A stretch of DNA of 62,252 nt from Verrucomicrobiota bacterium. GTDB taxonomy: Bacteria; Verrucomicrobiota; Lentisphaeria; Lentisphaerales; Lentisphaeraceae. The notes under the pieces were generated by a model. That model was not told the origin of the DNA, ran no database searches, and saw only the letters and a list, made by a program, of their open reading frames with translations. The position numbers and the translations under genes were made by a program. This document shows positions 19,459 to 28,469 of the stretch, one piece after another; position 1 is the stretch's first letter; the number at the start of each line of letters is the position of its first letter. Location: NCBI GenBank assembly GCA_039798785.1, contig JBDKFG010000025.1:2776-65027 (forward strand), read 5' to 3'.

Positions 19459-21507
19459 TCACTCGCGGAACTCCACCTTGACACCCGGCAGGAGGCTGGG
19501 GAAGGCGGAGGGTTCGAACTGGCCGGGGCTGAAGATCACCCGTTTGAGGTGGCGGAACTGAGTCAGGAGGTTGAGATTTTTGAACTCGCTGTGGCGGAGG
19601 TCGAGAGTTTTGATGCCGAGTTCCTGCAGGGGGCCGAGGTCGGCGATCTCGCATTCCTGCAGGGAGAGGGAATTGAGGCTGCGGCAGTTGAGCAGCGGCG
19701 AGAAGTCGGAGACCTTGCAACGGATCATCGAGAGTTCTTCGAGCGGCATGTCTCGCAGGTGTTCGAGGGGGATGTTGCTGTCGACCAGGGTGAGGCTCTG
19801 AGCCGGGAAAGCCTGCAGGATCAAGGCCCAGTAGAGGCGCGGGGAGCCGCTGAGATCGAGATGGCGTCCGTCGAAGGTGATTTCCGGGTCGTGCTCGGGG
19901 CTGTTCATCAACTTGATCGTGCCGCGGACCAGAGCCAGGCGGTCCTCGATCTTGATAGGCTTGAGTACGAGTCGTTCGATCAGGCGGTTGAGGATGACCC
20001 AGTGACGCACCTTGGTCTTCTCCATGACCGAGAGAAGCTGCTCCACCGTCAGCTCCTGGCCGGGCCGGGCCAAGTCGCGGCCGTACTCGGCGATCTCGAG
20101 CATCTGGGCGAAGGAGGGGTTGCGGGTGTCATAGCGCCTGTAGGCGTCGGCCGAGGCGGCGAATTCGCCGCGGATGAAGTAGCCGTGTCCGAGGATGCCG
20201 TAGCAGCGGTTGAGCTGGGGATCGAGCTTGATCGCGGTCTTGGCGAGTTCCAGGGCCCTGTCGAAGTCCTCGGCCTCCTCCGCCTTGAGTGCCTTGGCGA
20301 GGAAACTCGGGGCCGCTTCGCGTCCGAGGATGGCGCTGCGCACCTGCTCTTCCTTGAGGGCAAGGAGATCGTGCTGGCGCTGACGGCGGGAGTCCTGGAC
20401 ATGGCCGAGAAAGAGGAGGGAGAGGATGAAGAAGCCGAGGCCGCTGACCGCGAGGGCGGCGCAGGTGAGGCGGTTGCGGCGGATCAGGAGAAGGAGTTGA
20501 CGGGTGAAGCTGGCGGTCTCAGCCTGGGGCGCGAAGCCGTTGAGGTAGGCGTTGAGCTCGCGCTGCAGTTTCAAAACCGAGACGTAGCGCCGCGAAGGAT
20601 CAAGGGCGAGAGCCTTGAGACAGATGGCCTCGAGACCGGGAGGGATCTTGTGGGTCTGGCGATGCTTGTCCAAAGGCTCGATCCTGCCGAGCCGGGTGGC
20701 CTCGACCAGATCGTCGACGCTGTCGCCGCGGAAAGGCATCTCGAAAGTCAGCAGGCTGTAAAGAATGGCTCCGAGGGAAAAGATGTCGCTGCGCTGGTCC
20801 TTGCGGGTGAAGGGGCCGCCGGCCTGTTCCGGCGACATGTAGCCGGGACTGCCCTTGATGTAGCCGTCGCGGGTGAGACTGTTGAGCTCCTGGCTGTCGA
20901 GCGAGTGTTCAAGCAGGACCGGGTCTTCGCAGACCTCGTCGAGGATCCGGGCCAGACCCCAGTCGCAGACCAGGACCTCACCGTGGGCGCTGACTTCGAT
21001 ATTGGCAGGCTTGAGGTCAAGATGGATGATGCCGTGCTGGTGGGCATAGGCCATCGCCTCGCAGATGCGGCAGAAGATGTTGATGCGGACTTCAAGAGGG
21101 AAGTCGCGGCCGGCCTGGGGATCTCCTTGGCGAAGCAGCTCGAGCACCGCCCCGAGATCGCGCCCTTCGACCAGTTTCATGGTGAAATAGGGGCTGCCCT
21201 CGGGCTTGGCGCCGATCTCGTAGACCGGCATGATCGCCGGGTGCTGAAGATAGGCGGTGATCCTCGCCTCCCTGAGAAAGCGCTCGCCGTCTTTCTCTGG
21301 ATGGCGCATCTCGGCGCGGGCGACGAGCCGTCCGCTGCGGCGGTCGCGGCAGCGGAAAATCCGCTTCATGCCGCCTTCCTCGAGAAGCTGATCCTCTTCG
21401 TAGGGCCAGACACCGGCGCGCAACTCCTCCGGCAAGCCTTCGGGGCAGGCTTGGCGCACCGCCATGGCCTGGCTGAAGAATTGATTGAGGAGGCGGGGGT
21501 CGGACAT
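19459..21507 (-). CDS. Hanks-type Ser/Thr protein kinase with TM, TPR-like and LRR C-terminal region
   Basis: RFLREA, HLDLKPANI, DWG, GSPGYMSPEQ, SDIFSLG; LRR-like ...LSLQECEIADLGPLQEL...; GTG at 21510 also possible. Confidence 0.92.
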   Translation of the reverse strand: MSDPRLLNQFFSQAMAVRQACPEGLPEELRAGVWPYEEDQLLEEGGMKRIFRCRDRRSGRLVARAEMRHPEKDGERFLREARITAYLQHPAIMPVYEIGAKPEGSPYFTMKLVEGRDLGAVLELLRQGDPQAGRDFPLEVRINIFCRICEAMAYAHQHGIIHLDLKPANIEVSAHGEVLVCDWGLARILDEVCEDPVLLEHSLDSQELNSLTRDGYIKGSPGYMSPEQAGGPFTRKDQRSDIFSLGAILYSLLTFEMPFRGDSVDDLVEATRLGRIEPLDKHRQTHKIPPGLEAICLKALALDPSRRYVSVLKLQRELNAYLNGFAPQAETASFTRQLLLLIRRNRLTCAALAVSGLGFFILSLLFLGHVQDSRRQRQHDLLALKEEQVRSAILGREAAPSFLAKALKAEEAEDFDRALELAKTAIKLDPQLNRCYGILGHGYFIRGEFAASADAYRRYDTRNPSFAQMLEIAEYGRDLARPGQELTVEQLLSVMEKTKVRHWVILNRLIERLVLKPIKIEDRLALVRGTIKLMNSPEHDPEITFDGRHLDLSGSPRLYWALILQAFPAQSLTLVDSNIPLEHLRDMPLEELSMIRCKVSDFSPLLNCRSLNSLSLQECEIADLGPLQELGIKTLDLRHSEFKNLNLLTQFRHLKRVIFSPGQFEPSAFPSLLPGVKVEFRE

Positions 21508-21700
21508 CACAGGGCTCCCGGAATTGGCTACTTAGGAAAAAGCTAATCCGCCTTGGCGAAAGGCAAGCAGGGCGGAGGCGGTGAAAAATTCGAAGAAATT
21601 TGCCGGCGTCCTGCAACGGAGGGAACATCGCCGGTGCTTATAGCTCATAGGTGATCGCCCTGAATCGCCCCGCACATCCGCAACCCCAAAGGAAAGTCCC

Positions 21701-23059
21701 ATGATCGAATCCTCCTTCTCCCGCCGTGGATTCCTCCAGGCCGGCGCCGCCGCCGGCGCCCTCGCTGCCGCTCCCAGCATCTTCGCCCGCAACGGCGCCA
21801 AGGGTGCCAATGAGACCATCAACATCGCCCTTATCGGTTGCGGCGGCCGCGGCAGCGGCGCCATCGTCAACGCCCTCAACGCCGACAAGAACACCCGCCT
21901 CGTCGCCATCGGCGACGTCTGGGCCGACAAGATCCCCGGCGTCCTCAACGGCCTGAAAGGCTTCGGCGACCGCACCGTCGTCGGCGAAGACCGCCGCTTC
22001 TCCGGCGTCGACGCCTACAAGGCGATCATGGCCCTCCCCGACGTCGATCTGGTCATCCTCACCACTCCTCCCGGCTTCCGCCCCCTCCACATCGAAGCCG
22101 CGGTCGAAGCCGGCAAGCACGTCTTCGCCGAGAAGCCCCTCGCGGTCGACCCCGCCGGCTGGCGCAAGGTCAAGGCCGCCACCGACAAGGCGAAGGAAAA
22201 AGGCCTCTGCTTCATGACCGGCTTCTGCTACCGCTGGGACATGCCCAAGGTCGAAGCGATGAACCAGGTCCTCGGCGGCAAGGACAAGAACGCCACCGCC
22301 GCCTACACCCGGGAAGTCCTCGGCGTCAGCGCCCCCTCGGCCTCGCTCCTCGGCGACGTCAAGGCCGCCTACTGCCACTACAACACCGGCGGCCTCTGGG
22401 TCAAGAACATCGACCCCTCCTGGTCGAAGGCCGAGATCCAGCTCCGCAACTGGCTCTACTACACATGGCTCTCCGGCGACCACATCGTCGAACAGGGCAT
22501 CCACAACGTCGACAAGATCTCCTGGGTCTTCAACGACGAAGCTCCGGTCGGCTGCACCAGCATGGCCGGCCGCCAGAGCCGCACCGATGAGAAGTTCGGC
22601 AACATCTACGACCACTTCGCCGTCCGCTACGACTTCTCCGGCAACCGCTACGCCATGTTCAGCTGCCGCCAACAGGAGGGCACCGCCTCCGACGTCAGCG
22701 ACCGCATCATCGGCAGTAACGGCTACATGAACCTCCAGGAAGGCCGTCCCCAGATCGTCGACAACGCCGGCAAGCAGCTCTGGCGCTACAACAATCCCAA
22801 GGGCGGCGACATGTACAACAACGAGCACAAGGTGCTGAACGCCGCGATCCGCGCCGGCAATGCCTTCAACTGCGCCGAGCAGGCCCTCAACTCCTGCGCC
22901 ATGGGCATCATGGGCCGGATCGCCGGCTACACCGGCCAGTACGTCAAGTACGAGGATTTCCTGAAGATGGAGGAAGACCTCTTCCCCGCCGGCTTCAACC
23001 TCGGCATGGACCTGGCCTTCCCCGCCGTCGCCATCCCCGGCAAGACCAAGATCAAGTGA
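21701..23059 (+). CDS. Tat-exported Gfo/Idh/MocA family oxidoreductase
   Basis: SRRGFLQ Tat motif, IGCGGRG, HVFAEKP, EQGIHNVD. Confidence 0.92.
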   Translation: MIESSFSRRGFLQAGAAAGALAAAPSIFARNGAKGANETINIALIGCGGRGSGAIVNALNADKNTRLVAIGDVWADKIPGVLNGLKGFGDRTVVGEDRRFSGVDAYKAIMALPDVDLVILTTPPGFRPLHIEAAVEAGKHVFAEKPLAVDPAGWRKVKAATDKAKEKGLCFMTGFCYRWDMPKVEAMNQVLGGKDKNATAAYTREVLGVSAPSASLLGDVKAAYCHYNTGGLWVKNIDPSWSKAEIQLRNWLYYTWLSGDHIVEQGIHNVDKISWVFNDEAPVGCTSMAGRQSRTDEKFGNIYDHFAVRYDFSGNRYAMFSCRQQEGTASDVSDRIIGSNGYMNLQEGRPQIVDNAGKQLWRYNNPKGGDMYNNEHKVLNAAIRAGNAFNCAEQALNSCAMGIMGRIAGYTGQYVKYEDFLKMEEDLFPAGFNLGMDLAFPAVAIPGKTKIK

Positions 23060-23077
23060 TCTGAACCGGCCATCCCC

Positions 23078-23113
23078 GCAGCCCCGCAAGGAAACTTGCG
23101 GGGCTGCCTCTTT
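23078..23113 (+). terminator. Intrinsic terminator
   Basis: 13-bp stem gcagccccgcaag-GAAA-cttgcggggctgc followed by ctcttt. Confidence 0.75.
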
Positions 23114-23177
23114 CCGGCCTCGACTGAGGCCGCCGCCCGGAGCTATAGTGTGGTCAGGAAAACCCACAGGAGCCCTT

Positions 23178-25118
23178 ATGCGCCAGATCCGCTGCGCCCT
23201 CGCCACGCCGAACCAGACCCCTCTCGACTGGGATGGCAACGAAGCCCGCATCCGCGCGGCGATGGATGCCGCCCGCGCCGGCGGCGCCAGCCTGCTCCTC
23301 CTTCCCGAAATGGCTCTCTGCGGCTACGGCTGCGACGACGTCTTCCTCGCCCCCCACCTCTACGACACCGCCCTCGCCGCGATCGAAAACCTGGCGCGTC
23401 ACAGCCAGGGCCTCTTGACGGTCGTCGGCATGCCCCTGATCGCCGACGGCCAGCGCCGCAGCGCCGCGGCGATCTTGCACGAGGGGCGCATCGCCGGCTT
23501 CCACCTCAAGCGCCACCTCGCCAACGACGGCCTCCACTACGAACCCCGCTGGTTCTGCGGCTGGCCCGCCGGAGAATTGAGCTCGGTCGCCCTGGCCGAC
23601 GGCTCCCTCGTCCCCTGCGGCGACCTCGGAATCGAGATCGACGGCCTGCGGATCGGCTTCGAGATATGCGAGGACGCCTGGGTGGCGGAGCGCCGCCGCG
23701 GCCGCATCGCCAGGCTGGCGCCCGATCTCGTCCTCAATCCCTCGGCCTCACACTTCGCCTTCCATAAACAAGCCAAGCGGCGCGAACTGGTCCGCCAGGG
23801 CTCCGAACTCTTCTCCTGCGCCTACCTCTACGCCAACCTGCTCGGCAACGAGGCCGGCCGCTCGATCTACGACGGCGGCTGCTTCGCCGCCCGCGACGGC
23901 TTTCCGCTGTTCGAAAGCTCCCGCTTCTCCCTGCGGGAAGTCGAGATCCACCTGCTCGATCTGGATCTGCCGGAGAAATCGCGATCCCCGCAAGAAGGCC
24001 TGCTGCCACTCTCCGGCAAGCTCGGCGCACCGTCCACCGCCCTCCCTCCTCGTGCCGCCGCTCCTTCCTGGGCGGAAGACGAAGAGTTTCTCCTCGCCGA
24101 AACCCTCGGCCTCTGGGACTTCATGCGCAAGTCGCGCAGCCGCGGCTTCGTCCTGTCGCTTTCCGGCGGCGTCGATTCCGCCGTCTGCGCCGTCCTGGTG
24201 CGGCTCATGGCCGAGCGCCTCTGGCGCGAGCTCGGCACCGAGGGGCTGGGGCGCGCCCTCGCCTGGTGGCCCGAGGCCGCGACCTGCCGGAGCCTCGAGG
24301 AGATGATGCCGAAGCTGCTGATCACCGCCTACCAGGGCACCGCCAACTCCGGCGAGGTCACCCGGGGAGCCGCCGCCGCGGTCGCCGCGACCTGCGCCTC
24401 GGAACACCGCGAATATGAGCTGCAAGCCGTGCTCGAAGCCTATCACGCCTTCGCCGCCGACACCCTCGGCCGGCCACTGCGCTGGGACAGCGACGACATC
24501 GCCCTGCAGAACATCCAGGCCCGCATCCGGGCGCCCTCGGTATGGATGCTCGCCAATCTCCGCAACGCCCTCCTGATCACTACTTCCAACCGCAGCGAAG
24601 CAGCGGTCGGCTATGCCACCATGGACGGCGACACCGCCGGCTCCCTCGGGCCGATCGGCGGTGTCGGCAAGACCTTCCTGCGCGCCTGGCTGAATCGCCT
24701 CGAATTCGAAAAACTCGCCGGCTTCGGCCCCTTCCCCGCCCTCGGCCTGGTCAACCGCCAGGCCCCGACGGCGGAACTGCGGCCGCCGGAACGCAGCCAG
24801 ACCGACGAGGCCGACCTGATGCCCTACGAAGTGCTCGACGCGATCGAGAAGGCGGCGGTCCTCGAACGCCTGCCTCCGAAGGCGATCCTGCCCAGATTGG
24901 CGCGCGACTTCGGCGACCGCTGGGAAGAGTCGCGCCTGCGCGCCTGGCTGAAACGCTTCTACGCCCTCTGGTGCCGCAACCAGTGGAAACGCGAACGCTA
25001 CGCCCCGAGCTTCCACATCGACGACGAAAACCTCGACCCCCGTTCCTGGTGCCGCTTCCCCATCCTCTCCGGCGGCTTCGCCCGGGAATTGGCCGAACTT
25101 GATCAAATTCCTCCTTGA
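23178..25118 (+). CDS. nadE: Glutamine-dependent NAD+ synthetase
   Basis: Nitrilase domain (PE, K, EICED) plus LSGGVDS, QNIQARIR, SNRSE, PTAEL, QTDE; AGGAG RBS. Confidence 0.95.
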   Translation: MRQIRCALATPNQTPLDWDGNEARIRAAMDAARAGGASLLLLPEMALCGYGCDDVFLAPHLYDTALAAIENLARHSQGLLTVVGMPLIADGQRRSAAAILHEGRIAGFHLKRHLANDGLHYEPRWFCGWPAGELSSVALADGSLVPCGDLGIEIDGLRIGFEICEDAWVAERRRGRIARLAPDLVLNPSASHFAFHKQAKRRELVRQGSELFSCAYLYANLLGNEAGRSIYDGGCFAARDGFPLFESSRFSLREVEIHLLDLDLPEKSRSPQEGLLPLSGKLGAPSTALPPRAAAPSWAEDEEFLLAETLGLWDFMRKSRSRGFVLSLSGGVDSAVCAVLVRLMAERLWRELGTEGLGRALAWWPEAATCRSLEEMMPKLLITAYQGTANSGEVTRGAAAAVAATCASEHREYELQAVLEAYHAFAADTLGRPLRWDSDDIALQNIQARIRAPSVWMLANLRNALLITTSNRSEAAVGYATMDGDTAGSLGPIGGVGKTFLRAWLNRLEFEKLAGFGPFPALGLVNRQAPTAELRPPERSQTDEADLMPYEVLDAIEKAAVLERLPPKAILPRLARDFGDRWEESRLRAWLKRFYALWCRNQWKRERYAPSFHIDDENLDPRSWCRFPILSGGFARELAELDQIPP

Positions 25119-25142
25119 CACTTCGCTTCGCAGCTTTAATTT
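25115..25142 (+). promoter_or_regulatory. Candidate sigma70 promoter for the tRNA pair
   Basis: TTGACA (25115-25120)-N16-TAATTT followed by a GC-rich discriminator. Confidence 0.45.
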
Positions 25143-25155
25143 TTTCGCCCGTTGT

Positions 25156-25232
25156 GGTGGCCATAGCTCAGTTGGTAGAGCGCTGGATTGTGATTCCAGT
25201 TGTCGCGGGTTCGAGCCCCGTTGGCCACCCCA
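25156..25232 (+). tRNA. tRNA-His(GTG), copy 1
   Basis: G-1, GTGGCCA/TGGCCAC acceptor stem, anticodon arm ctgga-ttGTGat-tccag, GTTCGA T-loop, C73, encoded CCA. Confidence 0.97.
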
Positions 25233-25250
25233 CAAGCCCTTTTTCCAGAA

Positions 25251-25327
25251 GGTGGCCATAGCTCAGTTGGTAGAGCGCTGGATTGTGATTCCAGTTGTCG
25301 CGGGTTCGAGCCCCGTTGGCCACCCCA
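25251..25327 (+). tRNA. tRNA-His(GTG), copy 2 (identical)
   Basis: Exact copy of 25156-25232 after an 18-nt spacer. Confidence 0.97.
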
Positions 25328-25336
25328 CCCTCACCA

Positions 25337-25371
25337 GAGGCGTCCGGAACCCCGGACGCCTCGCCCTTTTT
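25337..25371 (+). terminator. Intrinsic terminator after the tRNAs
   Basis: gaggcgtccgg-aacc-ccggacgcctc followed by gcccttttt. Confidence 0.7.
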
Positions 25372-25379
25372 CCCCGCCG

Positions 25380-25388
25380 TGCTACAAT
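25380..25388 (+). promoter_or_regulatory. Candidate extended -10 promoter for argJ
   Basis: TG-c-TACAAT about 33 nt upstream of the ATG. Confidence 0.45.
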
Positions 25389-25420
25389 GGGCGCCGTCCA
25401 AAACCCCATGGAGATTTCAG

Positions 25421-26590
25421 ATGCAATTGATCCCGTCCCCGGTGATGCCCAAGGGCTTCTCCTGCGCCTCGAAAAACTGCGGCATCAAGGCCGGCGGCAA
25501 GAACGACCTGTCGCTCTTCTACTCGGAAGTGCCCGCCGCCGCCGCCGCGATGTTCACCCGCAACCAGGTCCCCGGCGCCCCGGTGATCGTCGGCCGCGAG
25601 CTGATCAAGAAGGGCCAGCTGCAGGGCATCGTCGTCAACTCCAAGGTCTCCAACGTCGGCACCGGCGAAGCCGGCGTCGCCAACGCCCGCCGCATGGGCC
25701 TCGCCGCGGCCAAGGAACTCGGGGTCTCGCCGGAACTGGTTCTGATGAGCTCCACCGGGGTCATCGCCGTGCCCCTGCCGATCGAGAAGATCGAGGCCGG
25801 CGTCGTCGGCATGAAGGCCGATCTGGTTCCCGACCCGATGCTCGGCGCCCTCGGCATCATGACCACCGACTCCTACCCCAAGGCCTGCTGCGTCCAGTTC
25901 GACGGCTTCACCATCACCATCATCGGCAAGGGCTCGGGCATGATCGAGCCGAACATGGCCACCATGCTGGTCTACGCCTTCACCGACGCCCAGCTCAGCT
26001 CCGCCGAGATCGATAGCGCCTTGCGCAAATCGGTGCACATCACCTTCAACATGCTCAGCGTCGACACCGACACCTCCACCTCCGACACCTGCGTCATCCT
26101 CGCTAACGGCCTCGCCGGACGTCCCGACCTGAACCGCTTCCAGCAAGCTCTCGACATGGCCTGCACCAAGATGGTCGAGCTCCTCGCCCGCGACGGCGAA
26201 GGCGCCACCAAGATGATCAAGGCAGATATCGTCGGCGCCGTCGATGAACGCGAAGCCCGCATCTACGCCCGCTCGATCATCAGCTCGCCCCTGATCAAGA
26301 CCATGGCCTACGGCGCCGACCCCAACATCGGCCGACTCCTCATGGCGCTCGGCAAGTGCTTCGACAACACCTTCGACCTGACCAAGCTGCGCATGTGGGC
26401 CAACGGCATCCTGATCTACGAGAACTGTCTGAAGGCTCCCTACGACGACGCCGAGATGCGCAAATCGCTCTCTGGCGACCCGATCATCTTCCGCATCGAC
26501 CTCGGCCTCGGCGCCGGCCAGGCCACCGCCTACGGCTGCGACTTCACCGAAGGCTACATCACCGAGAACGCAGCGTATTACTCCTCCTGA
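25421..26590 (+). CDS. argJ: Glutamate N-acetyltransferase/ornithine acetyltransferase
   Basis: FTRN, SSTGVI, IMTTD, KGSGMIEPNMATML (autocleavage Thr), DTDTSTSD, RDGEGATK; GGAG RBS. Confidence 0.96.
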   Translation: MQLIPSPVMPKGFSCASKNCGIKAGGKNDLSLFYSEVPAAAAAMFTRNQVPGAPVIVGRELIKKGQLQGIVVNSKVSNVGTGEAGVANARRMGLAAAKELGVSPELVLMSSTGVIAVPLPIEKIEAGVVGMKADLVPDPMLGALGIMTTDSYPKACCVQFDGFTITIIGKGSGMIEPNMATMLVYAFTDAQLSSAEIDSALRKSVHITFNMLSVDTDTSTSDTCVILANGLAGRPDLNRFQQALDMACTKMVELLARDGEGATKMIKADIVGAVDEREARIYARSIISSPLIKTMAYGADPNIGRLLMALGKCFDNTFDLTKLRMWANGILIYENCLKAPYDDAEMRKSLSGDPIIFRIDLGLGAGQATAYGCDFTEGYITENAAYYSS

Positions 26591-26614
26591 GGTTCGGGCT
26601 TCGCAATGTCCTCG

Positions 26615-26644
26615 AAGCCCCGGCCACCGCGCCGGGGCTTTGTT
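26615..26644 (+). terminator. Intrinsic terminator after argJ
   Basis: aagccccggc-caccgc-gccggggctt-tgtt. Confidence 0.65.
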
Positions 26645-26769
26645 CATCTATTGGATCGCTGGCGTCCCGCCGGCTGTAGCTCAGTTGAACAACCTCGACT
26701 TTCATGGCAAAGCTTGCATTTGGGCTGGCATCGGTGCTAGCTTGTGGAAATCATCAAAGGAATACGCTC

Positions 26770-27240
26770 ATGAATCCATCGTTTGACTACCGAACCCGTC
26801 GTGCGATGATTATTATCTTCCTCTTCAGTGCCTTGATCTCCTTATTCATGGCCGGCTTTACCGCCTATCAGACGTCGACATTTTTGAAAACGGCAGTGCG
26901 AGCGGATGGGATTGTCACCGAGATGGCGGAAGTTTCTGGAGACTCTGGAGTAACTTATGCGCCAGTCTATAGCTTTTTCGATGCTAAAGGCATCAAGCAC
27001 AGTGGACGATCCAATCACTCTAGCAATCCACCGGGCTTCCAGGTCGGCGACAAGCTGCCGATTTTGTATGATCCGCAAGATCCCTCTTCTAGCCGTCCCG
27101 ATGCCTTCGGATCCTTGTGGTTCATGTCTTTGGTATGCGGCGTGATTGGGCTGATTAATCTTCCGCTTGGCTTAGGCTTTTTGTTCTGGCCGAAGATTCA
27201 ACAAATGATGCATCGTCGTTCAGAAGCAGGGCTTGAGTAA
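26770..27240 (+). CDS. DUF3592-like membrane protein
   Basis: TM, then ADGIV...YAPVYSF...SNPP.FQVGD.L.ILYDP..P, then TM; lower GC. Confidence 0.8.
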   Translation: MNPSFDYRTRRAMIIIFLFSALISLFMAGFTAYQTSTFLKTAVRADGIVTEMAEVSGDSGVTYAPVYSFFDAKGIKHSGRSNHSSNPPGFQVGDKLPILYDPQDPSSSRPDAFGSLWFMSLVCGVIGLINLPLGLGFLFWPKIQQMMHRRSEAGLE

Positions 27241-27377
27241 TGCCCAATTTCTTCGCTCCTTGGACCTCCATCCCCGCTGACTTTCCCGAGTCTGCCTGGG
27301 GCCGAGCCACCGATTTTCCCGTGCAAGACCAAAACAAGCACAAGCAAGCACGAACTTGTTGCTTGTTGGATGTGGTC

Positions 27378-27606
27378 GCTCGTCGCGAAGCGACGGTATG
27401 AGTGTAGCCGGGGGTTTTAACCCCCGGATAGGATCGCAAGGGAAATGCCGTCGCGAAGCGACAGGATGACATTTCGGCGATGGCGACGCAATCGGCATCC
27501 CCAAGCGCACCTGTCACCGCGTCGCTGCCGCGACGCCGAATTCCTCGCCACACGCACCGGGGGTTGAAACCCCCGGCTACACTCATTCCGTCGCTTCGCG
27601 ACGAGC
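27378..27606. mobile_element. REP doublet (REPIN/MITE-like) with 50-bp inverted arms
   Basis: Arms 27378-27427 and 27557-27606 are reverse complements at 48/50; each holds GTAG + CCGGGGG-N6-CCCCCGG; internal CGTCGCGAAGCGAC copy. Confidence 0.8.
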
Positions 27607-27660
27607 TGCAGAGCGCACAGCGCAAACTGCGCTCGATCTGGACTTGCATAGGTCGAAAAT

Positions 27661-27690
27661 TCTTCGCGCCTTCGCGCCTTCGCGTGAGAT
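27661..27690 (-). repeat. 8-bp tandem CGCGAAGG repeat (x3)
   Basis: Minus strand atctcacgcgaaggcgcgaaggcgcgaaga; shares ATCTCACGCGAAG with 5057-5069. Confidence 0.7.
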
Positions 27691-27885
27691 CCGCCTTGAC
27701 CGGAGTGACACAGGTCGGATTTCTCCGGCTTCATCGATTATCTCAGCGCCGCCATCGACAAGCGCTGGCCTTTGGATTCCTACGGCAAAGGATATGAGGA
27801 ATGACCCTCAGCGCCCGAGCTACTCAAGCCTCTGGACTTTTACAGCTTTTGCAAGTATTTTTGGGCGAAGAGTGAAGGACGAATC

Positions 27886-28110
27886 ATGACCACTTTGGAA
27901 TTGCTCAAGGAAGCGCAAGATCTCCCCATTGAAGAACGGGCGCTCTTGGCAGACTGCTTATTGCGCAGCCTTCAGCCTGGTGACCCCGAGCTGAGTGCCC
28001 AGTGGCTTGCGGAAATCCGCCGCAGAGCTCAGGCGCTTGAAGAAGGCAGAGCCAGCACTATCAGTCTTGAAGACTGGCGCCAAAAGGTGCGGCGTCGCTT
28101 CCCACGATGA
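27886..28110 (+). CDS. Putative addiction-module antitoxin (TIGR02574-like)
   Basis: LP.EERA.LA..LL.SL...W..EI.RR......G; ATGA overlap with a downstream ParE-like frame. Confidence 0.85.
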   Translation: MTTLELLKEAQDLPIEERALLADCLLRSLQPGDPELSAQWLAEIRRRAQALEEGRASTISLEDWRQKVRRRFPR

Positions 28111-28382
28111 ACTTGCGTATCGAGGCTGCTGCCGAAGAGGAAATCTGGCAGGCGATCGAGCATTATGAGACTTGCCGACAAGGGCTCGGTTAAGTCGACG
28201 CCTGTTTCGAATGGATCCTGCAGCATCCCTTGGCTCGACCCATCTTCGATGGTGCCAGCCGTCGCTGCCAATTGCGCCGGTTTCCTTATACCGTGGTCTA
28301 TCAGGCTTCACTCGATCAGATCACCGTCCTTGCGGTGATGCACCAAAATCGCGAACCCGGTTACTGGCACAAAAAGCCTTGA
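28107..28382 (+). pseudogene. RelE/ParE family toxin disrupted by in-frame TAA at 28191-28193
   Basis: MNLRIEAAAEEEIWQAIEHYETCRQGLG*VDACFEWILQHP...RRCQLRRFPYTVVY...ITVLAVMHQNREPGYW; not in the ORF track. Confidence 0.85.
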
Positions 28383-28469
28383 ATCCTGACAGCCTGCATG
28401 CTCCCAGCTGGCAATATCCCGGCAAGCCCATTGAGCAATCTCTTGCCGGCTAAGCTAAAGCCCGGAGCC

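Noticed and set aside
25099..25430. ORFs with repeated peptides across the tRNAs, or a possible CRISPR-like repeat
   Set aside because: The repeat is the duplicated tRNA-His; there is no spacer array or cas gene.
27714..27789. Possible 3' gene remnant (...FIDYLSAAIDKRWPLDSYGKGYEE*)
   Set aside because: No start or recognisable family; cannot be supported without a search.
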